In this document: positions 9,335 through 20,102 of the stretch, piece after piece
Layout of the letters: every line of letters begins with the position of its first letter
How positions within the stretch are numbered: position 1 is the stretch's first letter
Origin: Treponemataceae bacterium
Lineage (GTDB): Bacteria > Spirochaetota > Spirochaetia > Treponematales > Rectinemataceae
Length of the DNA stretch: 64,000 nucleotides
Direction: 5' to 3'
Assembly (NCBI GenBank): GCA_963678065.2
Contig: CAXXVZ010000005.1
Span: forward strand, 768,001 to 832,000
The notes under the pieces: model-generated
What the model was told of the DNA's origin: nothing
The model's input: the letters and a program-made list of their open reading frames with translations, nothing else
Database searches by the model: none
Made by a program: the position numbers and the translations under genes

Positions 9335-9856
9335 AAATCAAGTTATTCTATATAGTTACTACAATATATAACATGGTAAAATATAACACATTGCGCCGTA
9401 AAGCATTTATACTGATACACATAAATTGATTTGTCGAGTATTTTCAAAAAATAATAAAAGGTCCATTCAAACGGCCAGAATGGAAAATCCTACCAGGTCC
9501 GCGCAAAACAATATGTCGCCTAACGTTTTGTGCCTCTGACGTTTTGGCCCGCATCGGCGGGCCGAAATGTGCCTGAGTGGAGTGAGCGAATGCGAGCGAA
9601 ACGATGGCCGAAGAGTCGCCAGCTTCGCTGGCGGCGATGAGCAGGGGCACGGTGTTAGGCGCTGTGCTAATTTATCTTAGTTTTTTGATCACTTCATCAT
9701 AGCAATACTCAGCATATTTTCTTGCAAATATTTTAATCATTTTTTCTCTTTTTCGATTTGTTAAATTTTTTGTTTCATCAAGTATTGATTGAGCAATTAC
9801 CATTTCATTTTCAATATCCTTTTCACATAATTGAGTACAATAATTAACTATCTGTA

Positions 9857-11251
9857 GAGGCTTTTTCAAAACTTCGTAATCCGCTTTGTAAAAAAGCGAG
9901 TTATTGTAACTGAAGCTTCGTTTTTGCACAGTAAAAATTACATGTGCAGTAAAAAGGGCTCTCTTTTCAGTGCAAAAGATGGACTACCCCTACAAAATCC
10001 GGTTCTGCCGGATTGCCCGGTTACGATTTCTGCAGTTCGGGAAGGATGAAGTACTGCAAAGCCTTGACGGCCGCCAGAACCACTACCCCGCACATGAGCA
10101 GGAATGATACTTTCTCAAATCCCCGTACAAATATCTGACCCGGTATGAGCCAATCCTTCAAATGCGAGTTTGCACGTTCAACCGTTGTCCTGATTGTGTA
10201 CCGCTCCTTCTGTGACGGCGAAAATGGTTCCCGTTCCGTCCCACGACGCGTATTCCGATCAATCAGCGGAACACGCCCACGTCCCTGGATATAGGTCGCG
10301 ATGGGATCCGCATCGTATGCAGCGTCCATGACTGAATACAGATGTCGGACCTTTTTCTCTGTTATCTTTTCCAGAGGAATCGCTACTTGCGAATCATGAA
10401 CATTGGCGCCGGTTACGACTGCTGAAATAGGGAATCCTGTGTCGCTGACATCAAGGTGCAACTTGTATCCTTTCCATGTTTCCCTATTCCCCTGGCTGTT
10501 CTTCTTGCATCCCCATGCACAGTCTTTGGATAGTTCTGACAAGGATTTCCTGACGCTTTGGCCGACTTGCTTTTCTATCTGTGTCGGCTCCTTCACAGGC
10601 CGAACTTCTCCTTTTCGGGGACGACCTCGTTTCCGTTGCGGTGTCACGGAAGAAACAGCTTCACGTTTGGCAGGTACAGGTTTTTCTCGTGCTCGTATCT
10701 CCGTCGCATCCCGATTTATGTGTCCGACGATATGGCCGTCATGACAATCCTTCACCATGGTATTCAAAGTCTGAATCAGCGGAGTCTTTTTTGAAAACTC
10801 CGCGTAGCGACGCGAAAAGGTCGCAGAGCTTGGAACGGAGGTGAAGCCGCATATCCTCCGCAGATTCGGATCGTTGATCAGCCTGTTCCTAAGGTCCGTG
10901 ACTGTCGCTATGTGGAATACCGTTCGGGCGAAAAACGCCCGCATGATCGGTTCGTTCCGATGTGGAGGACGGCCAGTCCGTGCACATGGTGATGTAATCC
11001 GTGGCTGAGCATCTTCAATGACTCTGAGCAGGGCGATAAAAAAGCGATGCTCGTCGGTGAGATATTCTTCGAAACATCGCTGGATATCGTAGGAAATCGG
11101 CAAAAGTATTTGCGCTCCGCCCAGTATTTCTGGTATGGTTTTCATCAGCGGGGGCTCCTCCTGGTGACGTTTGTGTTGCAACATCATCATACAGGTTCTG
11201 TCCCCGCTTTTCATTAAAATTCGTTCATCTCATGACTTTTGAAAGAGCCTC
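9857..11251 (-). mobile_element. IS5/IS1182-like IS, copy 1 (1395 bp)
   Basis: TIR GAGGCT(T/C)TTTCAAAA, 4-bp DR TGTA. Confidence 0.9.
10021..11145 (-). CDS. DDE transposase (IS5/IS1182-like)
   Basis: DAT, GYKLHL, ANVHDS, MDAAYD, RTTVERANS motifs. Confidence 0.88.
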   Translation of the reverse strand: MKTIPEILGGAQILLPISYDIQRCFEEYLTDEHRFFIALLRVIEDAQPRITSPCARTGRPPHRNEPIMRAFFARTVFHIATVTDLRNRLINDPNLRRICGFTSVPSSATFSRRYAEFSKKTPLIQTLNTMVKDCHDGHIVGHINRDATEIRAREKPVPAKREAVSSVTPQRKRGRPRKGEVRPVKEPTQIEKQVGQSVRKSLSELSKDCAWGCKKNSQGNRETWKGYKLHLDVSDTGFPISAVVTGANVHDSQVAIPLEKITEKKVRHLYSVMDAAYDADPIATYIQGRGRVPLIDRNTRRGTEREPFSPSQKERYTIRTTVERANSHLKDWLIPGQIFVRGFEKVSFLLMCGVVVLAAVKALQYFILPELQKS

Positions 11252-12021
11252 TGTATTTTAGTTTTTTTCTTCTCTTGTCTTCTTTCTATTAATATAGAAC
11301 TAACTACTGTCGATGACACTAAAATCATAAAATCGAGCAATTTTATAGCTACATCAGCAAAATCACCGCCTCTTTCCCGTTGTATTAATTGTTCTGCTCT
11401 TTTAATTTTATCTATCAATTGCTTGTTATTTTCATAATCAGAAAATATTACTTTTCTCCAATTAACTTCAATATCAATAATTTCTATTACATCAATATCA
11501 GTTTTTAAATAATGCGATTTTGCAAAGTCTATCAGTTGTGGTACTTTTATATTTTCAATATAATTATTAACATCAGATTGCATATACTTTACAATATTTT
11601 TATAATAGTAATTACCACAGTATTTGCATTTTTGACACAACTGAATATCAAATATCTTCAGTCCATTAACAAATTCCATTTCTGAATATTTACAATCTAT
11701 TGCATCTTCAGTGATTTTAATAATAAGCTTTTCATATTGCTCCATTACTACTTTTTCGTTTGCGTGCTTTTCTATTAATATTCTTTCATTCAATACAACA
11801 AATTCTTTTGCTTCAATTGTTTCAAATTCTTCAAGATTTGTACCACAATTTTCACAACTCATAACATCTCCCTAAATTAGCATTGCGCCTAACGTTTGCC
11901 TGCCTACGACGTTGTGGCGAGCATCGGCGAGCCACAATGTGCCTGAGCGGAATGAGCGACAGCGAGTGCAGCGATGGCCGAAGAAGGAGCCGCAGGCGAC
12001 TGATGAGCGTGGGCAGTGCTG

Positions 12022-12429
12022 TTAGCCGATGTTTATCGCGCTCTTCCCTTCACCCATTTTTTTGATCTTATTCTCTACCCATTTTACACAATACTCGGAA
12101 ACCTTTACTGCATCATGATATTCTTGTTCACTGACGGGAGTATATTCCCCTGGATATCGTGTTTGTACCGCATAATCATTGAGAATCACAACATCTTTCA
12201 GTTCATGTGGTAGTTCAGAATATTTAGCTACTTCTCCCAATAAGGTCACCATATTATGAATTTTAGGTGCTTCAACATCATGGAATAACAGAAATGCTTT
12301 AATCGCTTTTTCTGCTGCTTGTTGTGCCTGAAAACATAAATCTTCACGACATATTTCATCAGATACTACTATTTTAGCTAAAGCAAGATTGCTTTTTGCC
12401 CGAAGAAGCCATTCCGCATGATTACTCAT
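12022..12429 (-). CDS. HEPN domain protein (toxin)
   Basis: FQAQQAAEKAIKA...HN...RYP. Confidence 0.88.
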   Translation of the reverse strand: MSNHAEWLLRAKSNLALAKIVVSDEICREDLCFQAQQAAEKAIKAFLLFHDVEAPKIHNMVTLLGEVAKYSELPHELKDVVILNDYAVQTRYPGEYTPVSEQEYHDAVKVSEYCVKWVENKIKKMGEGKSAINIG

Positions 12430-12742
12430 ACACAACAACACCTTCTCGTGCGATTGTTTTGTAAATCATTCCTGTTTCAAATTTCAATTTCTCATATTTG
12501 TCCGTATCAACCGCAATAAGGTCTATCGGGATTCCAATATTTTCAGTTACTAACATTCTATATACTTTTTGAGTAATTTCTCGTTCGTTCGTTATGTTAT
12601 TTTTAAGAATGAGAAGATCATAATCGCTATTCTCGGAATTATCGCCACGTGCCCTGGACCCAAACAAGATCACTTTGTATGGATGTACTGATTGAGCAAT
12701 GACTTCCACAGCACGTCCCAGTTGTCCAACGGCAGCTTTCAT
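12422..12742 (-). CDS. Minimal nucleotidyltransferase (MNT antitoxin)
   Basis: LFGSRARGD...SDYDLL. Confidence 0.9.
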   Translation of the reverse strand: MKAAVGQLGRAVEVIAQSVHPYKVILFGSRARGDNSENSDYDLLILKNNITNEREITQKVYRMLVTENIGIPIDLIAVDTDKYEKLKFETGMIYKTIAREGVVVYE

Positions 12743-12936
12743 AACTCCATTGTATCCTATGGTTTACCGAAAAACCAGATATCTCCGCGCGATAAATTTC
12801 GGCTAACGTTCGCCTGCCTACGACGTTGTGGCGAGCATCGGCGAGCCACAATGTGCCTGAGCGGAATGAGCGTTAGCGAGTGAAGCGATGGCCGAAGAAG
12901 GAGCCGACAGGCGACTGATGAGCGTGGGCAGTGCTG

Positions 12937-13740
12937 TTAGGCGAAGTTAGGCCCGAACATCTTCCGTTTCTTTAATCGTTTTTCTATCAGCTTCTTTACC
13001 TTTTCATAGCTTGGAGGTGGCCCCGTCCTAATCTGTTTGTCATCAATAAATAATGCATCCACAATACCATATTCCAGTAGTGCTTCTCGATTATTTGTAT
13101 CTATTCCTACAAATTCCACGTTCCTTCCATATTCTTCCGATGCCCGTTTCGCCCGTTCATAGACTATGTTTTGTGCTGGGCACCATCCATTTTTAAAGCA
13201 CGTTACCCTTACCCTCTCACTTCCGACTTCTGGTCGCTTTTTCATTTTGATAAAACTCGGTTTCTCTACATCAGCTGTAAATGATTTCAACACCAACTCC
13301 GACATCCCATCCACATCAACTCTCTTGTATCCCTGCTTTTTAAACCATGCTGATCTCATAAAAAATGGTAGCCGTATTCCCCATGCTGCTATTCCCTTTG
13401 ACCCAAGCTTTTTTGCATCTTCTTCGGCAGCTTTCAGTAAAAGCTTCCCAATTCCCCGTTTCTGATAGTTCCCTACCCCTTTTGTATGTCCATGTACCCA
13501 AATGCAATAAATGTAATGGATATCCTTCCCATGTAGTGGTGCGTACTGTACAGGGATATACTGGATCATCCCAACAATCTTAGTATCGTCTCGTGCCAGT
13601 TTTACTCGCAAACCATTGCTCTTGTTGTTATTGTACCATTCAGTTTTATGATTTCCTGCATCCTTCATTTCCTCGGACCATTCTTCCAAACACTTGCAGT
13701 ATGTTTCACTATATTCGTCGGTGATATCGATTATTTCCAC
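12937..13740 (-). CDS. GNAT acetyltransferase with thioredoxin-like C-terminus
   Basis: YQKRGIGKLLL acetyl-CoA motif. Confidence 0.8.
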   Translation of the reverse strand: MEIIDITDEYSETYCKCLEEWSEEMKDAGNHKTEWYNNNKSNGLRVKLARDDTKIVGMIQYIPVQYAPLHGKDIHYIYCIWVHGHTKGVGNYQKRGIGKLLLKAAEEDAKKLGSKGIAAWGIRLPFFMRSAWFKKQGYKRVDVDGMSELVLKSFTADVEKPSFIKMKKRPEVGSERVRVTCFKNGWCPAQNIVYERAKRASEEYGRNVEFVGIDTNNREALLEYGIVDALFIDDKQIRTGPPPSYEKVKKLIEKRLKKRKMFGPNFA

Positions 13741-13958
13741 GATCTTCCTCCTTTATCATGGGCGTGAGGGCCTAATTTCGCCTAACGTTCGCCTGCCTAC
13801 GACGTTGTGGCGAGCATCGGCGAGCCACAATGTGCCTGAGCGGAATGAGCGATAGCGAGTGCAGCGATGGCCGAAGAAGGAGCCGAAAGGCGACTGATGA
13901 GCGTGGGCAGTGCTGTTATATGCAGTTTTGATGCCCACTCTTTCATTTTTGTATCCCT

Positions 13959-14510
13959 TTACTCTACTTTTCTATTTAGCAATACATAATGAACATGATC
14001 TTCCCATTTCCCGTTTATTTTCAAGTACTTTTCACTTCTCCCTTCATTTTTGAAACCCAGTTTCTCTACTACTCGTCGCGAGCGGATATTTCGTGGAATG
14101 ATATTTGCCTCAATCCTATGCAGCCCATATTCCATAAATGCCAGTTCTATAACTCCCTTTATTCCTTCTGTCATATACCCCTTATTGATTTCTTCAGAAT
14201 CGAGTTTATACCCTAAAAAACATGACAAAAATGCTCCATACACAATGTTTGATAATCCACAATACCCTAGTATTGTTTCATTGTTATTTTTCTTAAATAT
14301 ATATAAACCCAATCCTGTCCTCGTTTCAGTAGACACAGTACCGCTCTCGATGAGTGATTTCATTGATTCATAGGTATAAAAACTCTCTACTCGTTCTGGT
14401 TCCCATTCTTTTAGAAAGTTCCTATTCTTCGTATAATACTTTAATAATTCACTCGTATCATCTATCGTCAATGATCGCAAGAGCAATCGCTCGGTCTCAA
14501 ACACAATCAC
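13959..14510 (-). CDS. RimJ/RimL-family N-acetyltransferase
   Basis: ETERLLLR, NKGYMTE, N..S.RVVEKLGF..EG, INGKWEDH. Confidence 0.88.
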   Translation of the reverse strand: MIVFETERLLLRSLTIDDTSELLKYYTKNRNFLKEWEPERVESFYTYESMKSLIESGTVSTETRTGLGLYIFKKNNNETILGYCGLSNIVYGAFLSCFLGYKLDSEEINKGYMTEGIKGVIELAFMEYGLHRIEANIIPRNIRSRRVVEKLGFKNEGRSEKYLKINGKWEDHVHYVLLNRKVE

Positions 14511-14893
14511 AGAGTATCTCCCTGCTCAGATTCATATCTATTTTACCCTTGGTTTATCATTTTACCAGCTTTGACGCTACTATCTATTTCTACAATAGAG
14601 TTTATAGCTCACTTTACTCGTACTTTTTTATAATGCCCTTTATTTACTATTGTACCATCCCGCTATGAGAGGGGGGTTCACTACTTTCTACTACCAGAAT
14701 GCTGGGCATCAAAATTGCATATAACGTTCGCCTGCCTACGACGTTGTGGCGAGCATCGGCGAGCCACAATGTGCCTGAGCGGAACGAGCGTATGCGAGTG
14801 CAGCGAATGGCCGAAGAAGGAGCCGACAGGCGACTGATGAGCGTGGGCAGCGCTGTTAGACGCAGTTGCCATATTCTTACTTTCTTTCTTGAT

Positions 14894-15520
14894 TTACCAT
14901 TTATTATTATGGATCCTTTCTTCTACATCTACATTATGCTGTTTCATCTGTTTAGAATTTTCTTCAGGATATCCTAATGACACATAACAAGGAACTTCAT
15001 GTCCTTCCGGAATATTCAATACATGTTTTATATGGTCTATTTCTTCTCCCGATGGGATTCTCATTACACCAAAGATGCCTTCAGCTGTTGCAGCTAACAG
15101 TATATTTTCTATACAACACCATATTGATGCAAATCCATTGAGAGACGATAACGTCTTTGGTACTAACAGAGGATCTTTTTGCCCAAAACACGGGATAATG
15201 AGGCACCCTGATTGTAAAAGCATGTGATACTGTCGAGGTATTGCGTCAAGATACATAGCACGTTGATCCGTATCCTTTAGTCCCCACGTATCTATTACCT
15301 TTTCTGCGTCTTTTTCAGTTCTACCCTTGTTTATGGGAGTTAATACCTGAAGTTTCTTTGCCATATCAGTAATTATTATAAAATTCCAATTACGCATGTG
15401 ATCATTTGTCGGAGCATGCAATCCTGCATTCACTATTTTCTTAATGATCTCATCTTTTATCACAATTTCTTTGAACGTCCGTACGGTTCTTCTGGTGTAG
15501 ATTGCTTCATAGATATCCAT
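14894..15520 (-). CDS. Nitroreductase family protein
   Basis: AIYTRRTVRTF, APT, ENILLAATAEG, LGYP. Confidence 0.88.
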   Translation of the reverse strand: MDIYEAIYTRRTVRTFKEIVIKDEIIKKIVNAGLHAPTNDHMRNWNFIIITDMAKKLQVLTPINKGRTEKDAEKVIDTWGLKDTDQRAMYLDAIPRQYHMLLQSGCLIIPCFGQKDPLLVPKTLSSLNGFASIWCCIENILLAATAEGIFGVMRIPSGEEIDHIKHVLNIPEGHEVPCYVSLGYPEENSKQMKQHNVDVEERIHNNKW

Positions 15521-15908
15521 CGCACTGCCCCCATAAACACTAATAGCTCAGGTAATGATCAATCACAAGCATTATAGCAAAACCGATTCTATGCATATCA
15601 TAAAAATGGCTTGAAAGCGGTAAATGAAGGTATATCTTTTTAATCATACACACTGTGGTGGTATATGATATTCATATCTCAATATGGCAATTGCGTCTAA
15701 CGTTTTGTGCCTCTGACGTGTGCGACCGCACAGGCGGGCGCACATGTGCCTGAGCGGAATGAGCGCAAGCGAGTGGAGCGAGGGCCGAAGAGCCATGAAA
15801 TGGCGATGAGCAGGGGCACGGTGTTAGGCGATGCGCGAAAATAATATACCTTATCATTATCATACATTCATATTCTTTATAGTCTGCCGTTTATTCCATA
15901 TCTGCTTA

Positions 15909-17216
15909 GGCATCGCGCCAAAATAATTTGACTGCTTTTATTCTTTAGTCGGAAGCAAAGCATAGTTCCAATCGCCATGGAATTTTGCCTGCTTAATGTT
16001 CAGGGCAGCAAGTTCTTCATCACTAACCTTGATCCCGAGTGGATACGAACCTGAATCCAATTCTGCGCATATTTTCAGTCCCGCTGCAGTGGTTGTATTT
16101 GCAATCAATTGAATAATTACCTCGTGGCTAATCAACGGTCGGCCTCGCCAGTTCTGAGTGATATGGCAAAACATTCGGTGCTCGATTTTATTCCATTTGC
16201 TGGTACCTGGTGGAAAGTGACACACGTGAATTGACATTCCAAGCTGATTCGCTAATTCGTGCAATGCAAGTTTCCAGAGCCGACATCGACTACCGTTGCT
16301 GCCACCACCATCAGCGGTAATCAGCAATTCTTTTGCAGTACGATACCGTTTCACACCCATTTTTTCCCACCAACGTCGGATGGCTTCGGCAGCAAAATGT
16401 GCGGTATCGTGGTCGATTCCTACACTGACCCAGCCCTTGTTTTCGCTTATATCGAAGACTCCGTATGGTATGGCCTTGCCCAGCTCTGTATCAATGAAGT
16501 CATGAACCATTACAGATTCCGGTTCACCTTTGGGACGCCATTCTCGTCCTCCATTTCGAAATTCCCCAATCAATTCTTTCTTTTTCGTATCTACCGAGAT
16601 AACTGGATTCCCTTTACGCTGAAACCGCTTGACCATGGTGTTGATATACTCAAACTGCGCATTTCGATCCGGATGCGACGTTCCTTCTTTGGTCTTCCGA
16701 TTGCTCTGTAGACTGTAGCCTTCCGCGTTCAGTAGCCGTCCAACCGTGCGCGGGCTTACTGTGTGCCCTTGTCGTGTAAGCGTATCTGCAAGATTACTGG
16801 TGCTCAGGCACGTCCACTGTAGTGGCGACTCTGGATCACCCCGTGTCATTGGTTCAATTAAGCTCGTAAGTTTTTCCCTTAACTCGGGATCGTTTTCACT
16901 GCATCGTTTTCTTCCACCGCCTGGGAAACGTACGCGAGTGCGTATCTTCTCGTGCGGATTACTTTCGCGTAATGCCAGCTCATTCATTCCTTTGCGTATT
17001 GTGTTCGGCGACATCTTAATCGCGGTATTGACTGCCTGTATCCCACCACGACCATACGCTCTTGCTTCAGCCGCCGCCCATTGACGTCGCATTCGTTCAT
17101 CCATCATGGGCACAAGTGCGTTGTACTTGGAAGCTATTTGTTTTACCGTTGCCTGATCTTGCATACTTCATTATAATATAATCAATATATTAGTCAAGTT
17201 ATTTTGACGCATTGCC
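15909..17216 (-). mobile_element. ISAzo13-family IS, copy 1 (1308 bp)
   Basis: TIR GGCATCGCGCCAAAATAATTTGACT / GGCAATGCGTCAAAATAACTTGACT, 3-bp DR TTA. Confidence 0.92.
15938..17164 (-). CDS. ISAzo13-family transposase
   Basis: ISVDTKKKE, ADGGGSNG, PPGTSKWNKIEHRMF. Confidence 0.93.
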   Translation of the reverse strand: MQDQATVKQIASKYNALVPMMDERMRRQWAAAEARAYGRGGIQAVNTAIKMSPNTIRKGMNELALRESNPHEKIRTRVRFPGGGRKRCSENDPELREKLTSLIEPMTRGDPESPLQWTCLSTSNLADTLTRQGHTVSPRTVGRLLNAEGYSLQSNRKTKEGTSHPDRNAQFEYINTMVKRFQRKGNPVISVDTKKKELIGEFRNGGREWRPKGEPESVMVHDFIDTELGKAIPYGVFDISENKGWVSVGIDHDTAHFAAEAIRRWWEKMGVKRYRTAKELLITADGGGSNGSRCRLWKLALHELANQLGMSIHVCHFPPGTSKWNKIEHRMFCHITQNWRGRPLISHEVIIQLIANTTTAAGLKICAELDSGSYPLGIKVSDEELAALNIKQAKFHGDWNYALLPTKE

Positions 17217-17326
17217 TTACTACCTGGGAAGTCAAATTTTATTGGCTTAATATGTTTTAATTACCCACACACATGAATAAAACAGAATTGCGTATCACTT
17301 TATCCATACCGTATGCAAATAAGCTA

Positions 17327-18004
17327 TTATTTATCACATTGAGACTCTTTCTCGAATTTCATTTTTTCATTAATAAGTTTAGTATATTCTTCTCTACTTC
17401 GTGAATCTCTTATATACCTGTTGTCTTGCCATGGCATCAGCTTAAATGTTCGTCCAGCCATTCCATAATATTTCAATCCGACTGTGCAACCTTCTTGTTT
17501 ATAAAATGCGCAAACATCAGGTTTTGATCCTGTAGATTTAAATATGTAATTATAAAATTGCTGAATTGTATTACCGCTATGTGCTTCTCCAGCCACTAAT
17601 AATATTTTCTTAAACCTATCCCCCGGAATCCGTGGCTTAATAAGCATATCTTCTTTCCTTTTATTGTCCCTCCATTCATATACTCGATCTATAACTACAA
17701 TTGGTATTTGATTTAATGCATATGATAGCATAGCGCCGAATATAGCACCTCCTCGGCCTATTCCAATTATTAAATCGTAATATTCTTTATTGAATATGAT
17801 TTCATTTGATATTTTTTCCGCTGCTTTTTGTGCTTGTTTCCACGACAAGCGAATATAAAAGCTATACTTGAAGGCACTAAACAACGGTTTCCCATATACA
17901 TTATTTTCGTTTTTTGTAGAATGTATCTTGTCATAAAAATAACCAAATCCTGTGATAATGCCGAGTAATGAGGAAATTAATCCAATAATTGTAAGTGTGT
18001 CCAT
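17327..18004 (-). CDS. Type I phosphoribosyltransferase-like protein with N-terminal TM helix
   Basis: IIGIGRGGAI and a degenerate PRPP loop ILLVAGEAHSGNT. Confidence 0.7.
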   Translation of the reverse strand: MDTLTIIGLISSLLGIITGFGYFYDKIHSTKNENNVYGKPLFSAFKYSFYIRLSWKQAQKAAEKISNEIIFNKEYYDLIIGIGRGGAIFGAMLSYALNQIPIVVIDRVYEWRDNKRKEDMLIKPRIPGDRFKKILLVAGEAHSGNTIQQFYNYIFKSTGSKPDVCAFYKQEGCTVGLKYYGMAGRTFKLMPWQDNRYIRDSRSREEYTKLINEKMKFEKESQCDK

Positions 18005-18188
18005 AACTACCTTGCATTTTCGCGTTTCGCCTAACGTTCGCCTGCCTACGACGTTGTGGCGAGCATCGGCGAGCCACAATGTGCCTGAGCGGAATGAGCG
18101 AATGCGAGTGGAGTGAAGGCCGAAGAAGGAGCCACAGGCGACTGATGAGCGTGGGCAGTGCTGTTAGGCGATGTTCCAGCGCGATCTT

Positions 18189-18464
18189 CTATTCAATTTT
18201 GATCAATAATTTCTTCCCAAATACTTCTGCTACTTTCTCCAAGGTCGATAACCGAATATCTTCTGCATGATTTTCCATCCGAGATATGACACTTTTCTTT
18301 GTCTGTAATCGTGTTGCCAATTCTTCCTGGGTCATTCCTTCATTTTTCCTGAGTTCTTTAAGCATGATTCCTATCTTAAATTCCTCATATCCTTTCTCAT
18401 ATCCTATGCCAAATTCCGGATCTTTCTTTTTCCTGTTTTCAATATAGACAGATAAATCACTCAT
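18189..18464 (-). CDS. XRE-family HTH antitoxin (HigA-like)
   Basis: [19 protein letters not shown]. Confidence 0.88.
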   Translation of the reverse strand: MSDLSVYIENRKKKDPEFGIGYEKGYEEFKIGIMLKELRKNEGMTQEELATRLQTKKSVISRMENHAEDIRLSTLEKVAEVFGKKLLIKIE

Positions 18465-19003
18465 TTTTTTACCCTCGTAAAATACTCTGTACGATATTTT
18501 TCTGCCCTTTGGATCTCATCTCGTGGTGTTTTCTGAGTCTTTTTACCAAACCCATTAGTCAGAACAACTAGATTTCCAGAATCCATAAAGCACAATATCC
18601 TATATGCCATCCGACCTACATCGATTCGACATTCCCATAGTTCATCAGTTCCCGATAGTTTCTTGAAATACTGAATCGGAACTCTGTCCATTTCTTCTAC
18701 AATCCGTAATACCCAGGTTATCTTTTGTAATTCTTTACCTGATACAGAATCAAAAAACTCTTCTATGGGACATCGTCCTTCCTGATTTCCCGGAAAATTG
18801 TAGCTATGAATAAATATGTCTATATTATAAATAGAAATGATTCACCATCCGAGAGCGTTGCATAGCTGTATTTGTAGCTATACTTCTTGCCCATGAAAAT
18901 ATGTAACTTCTATTTGGATATGAAGTTACCAATTCCCTAGTTACAATGCGCCGGGAAATCAAGGTCCTTCGGAAGTCCTATAGAAGATTATTGTTCTCTT
19001 CAT
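18461..19003 (-). pseudogene. RelE/HigB (Gp49/DUF891-like) toxin interrupted by a MITE
   Basis: Reconstituted 117 aa: MKRTIIFYRTSEG|RCPIEEFF...LWECR...NGFGKKTQKTP. Confidence 0.85.
18781..18964. mobile_element. 184-bp MITE with IS1634-like ends
   Basis: TIR CCTGATTTCCCGG / CCGGGAAATCAAGG, 5-bp DR TCCTT, no ORF. Confidence 0.85.
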
Positions 19004-19226
19004 GTATACATGTTAGCACATATGCTAACTACCGTCAAGTTTCTTTTCTCCTCTTCGCGCTGGAATTTCGCCTAACGTTTTGTGCCTACGACGTTTTGGC
19101 GAGCATCGGCGAGCCACAATGTGCCTGAATGGAACGAGCGCATGCGAGTGCAGTGAAGGCCGAAGAAGGAGCCGATAGGCGACTGATGAGCGTGGGCAGT
19201 GCTGTTATGTGCTGTGCCCACGCGTC

Positions 19227-19625
19227 TTATTGTACTACCTCTATTTTTAACTTTTTCCCTATTTCTTCCATTTTTTTATCACACGTTAGTACCATTCCAT
19301 CATTCCTTCTCGCTGTTATTAAATACATCATATCATATATTGAATGGTTGTATTTTATGCCCTCCGCTAATGCTTCTTTCCATATATCCTTACTATCAAT
19401 ATAATCATCTATTAGGAGAATCCCTTCTTCAACATTTCTGACACATTCAGAATGTTCCATAGATGCTAATTTGTTATATTTCCACATTACATTCGATAGT
19501 TCCGATATAATAATATCAGGAGCTATTGTCCAATCTGCTTTCTCAATATATTCACTATATCGTTCGGCGTTTTCTCTCTTTAGCACTATTTCTACAATAG
19601 CACTTGCATCCATTATTAGTATCAT
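19227..19625 (-). CDS. vapC: PIN/VapC toxin
   Basis: IMDASA...SIYDMMY...LTCD. Confidence 0.88.
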   Translation of the reverse strand: MILIMDASAIVEIVLKRENAERYSEYIEKADWTIAPDIIISELSNVMWKYNKLASMEHSECVRNVEEGILLIDDYIDSKDIWKEALAEGIKYNHSIYDMMYLITARRNDGMVLTCDKKMEEIGKKLKIEVVQ

Positions 19626-19870
19626 CGTTCTCTATCCTCCCGTATGAGGGTAACGGGATCAAGTTCTGCAATCTTTTTAGTACTATCTGCTTTTGTCTTT
19701 ATACCTGCGATTATTGCTTTACGCCTTTCTCTATTAGACCCTCTTTGGCCAAGACCTTCCTGCAAAACCGCTATCGTTTGCTGTGCCAGGCTCCTATTTT
19801 CTTTTTGTGCAAGAATAGTAAGTTTTCTATAAATATCTTCAGGTAAATCTCGTACTTGCAGTGTAGGCAT
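19622..19870 (-). CDS. FitA-like RHH antitoxin
   Basis: MPTLQVRDLPEDIY..L...A....RS. Confidence 0.82.
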   Translation of the reverse strand: MPTLQVRDLPEDIYRKLTILAQKENRSLAQQTIAVLQEGLGQRGSNRERRKAIIAGIKTKADSTKKIAELDPVTLIREDRER

Positions 19871-20102
19871 ACATTCCTCCATGCATGTACTATACAGTCA
19901 TTACGCATGCATGTCAAATTTTTCTCCGCGTGGGCATTGCACCTAACGTTTGCCTGCCTACGACGTTGTGGCGAGCATCGGCGAGCCACAATGTGCCTGA
20001 GCGGAATGAGCGTATGCGAGTGCAGCGATGGCCGAAGAAGGTGGAAATGGCAAGTAGTTTTCCCCACCATATGGCAACTAGGAATCCCCACCCGGTAGAG
20101 GG

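Larger units (their letters stand above)
9672..11862 (-). pseudogene. Hypothetical Cys-containing protein split by an IS
   Basis: Removing the IS and one TGTA repeat joins ...KKTKIQ to IVNYCTQL in frame. Confidence 0.75.

Noticed and set aside
17217..17326. Short ORF with VLFMCVGN resembling an ArsC/LMW-PTP start
   Set aside because: It stops after 16 codons with no continuation across the IS.
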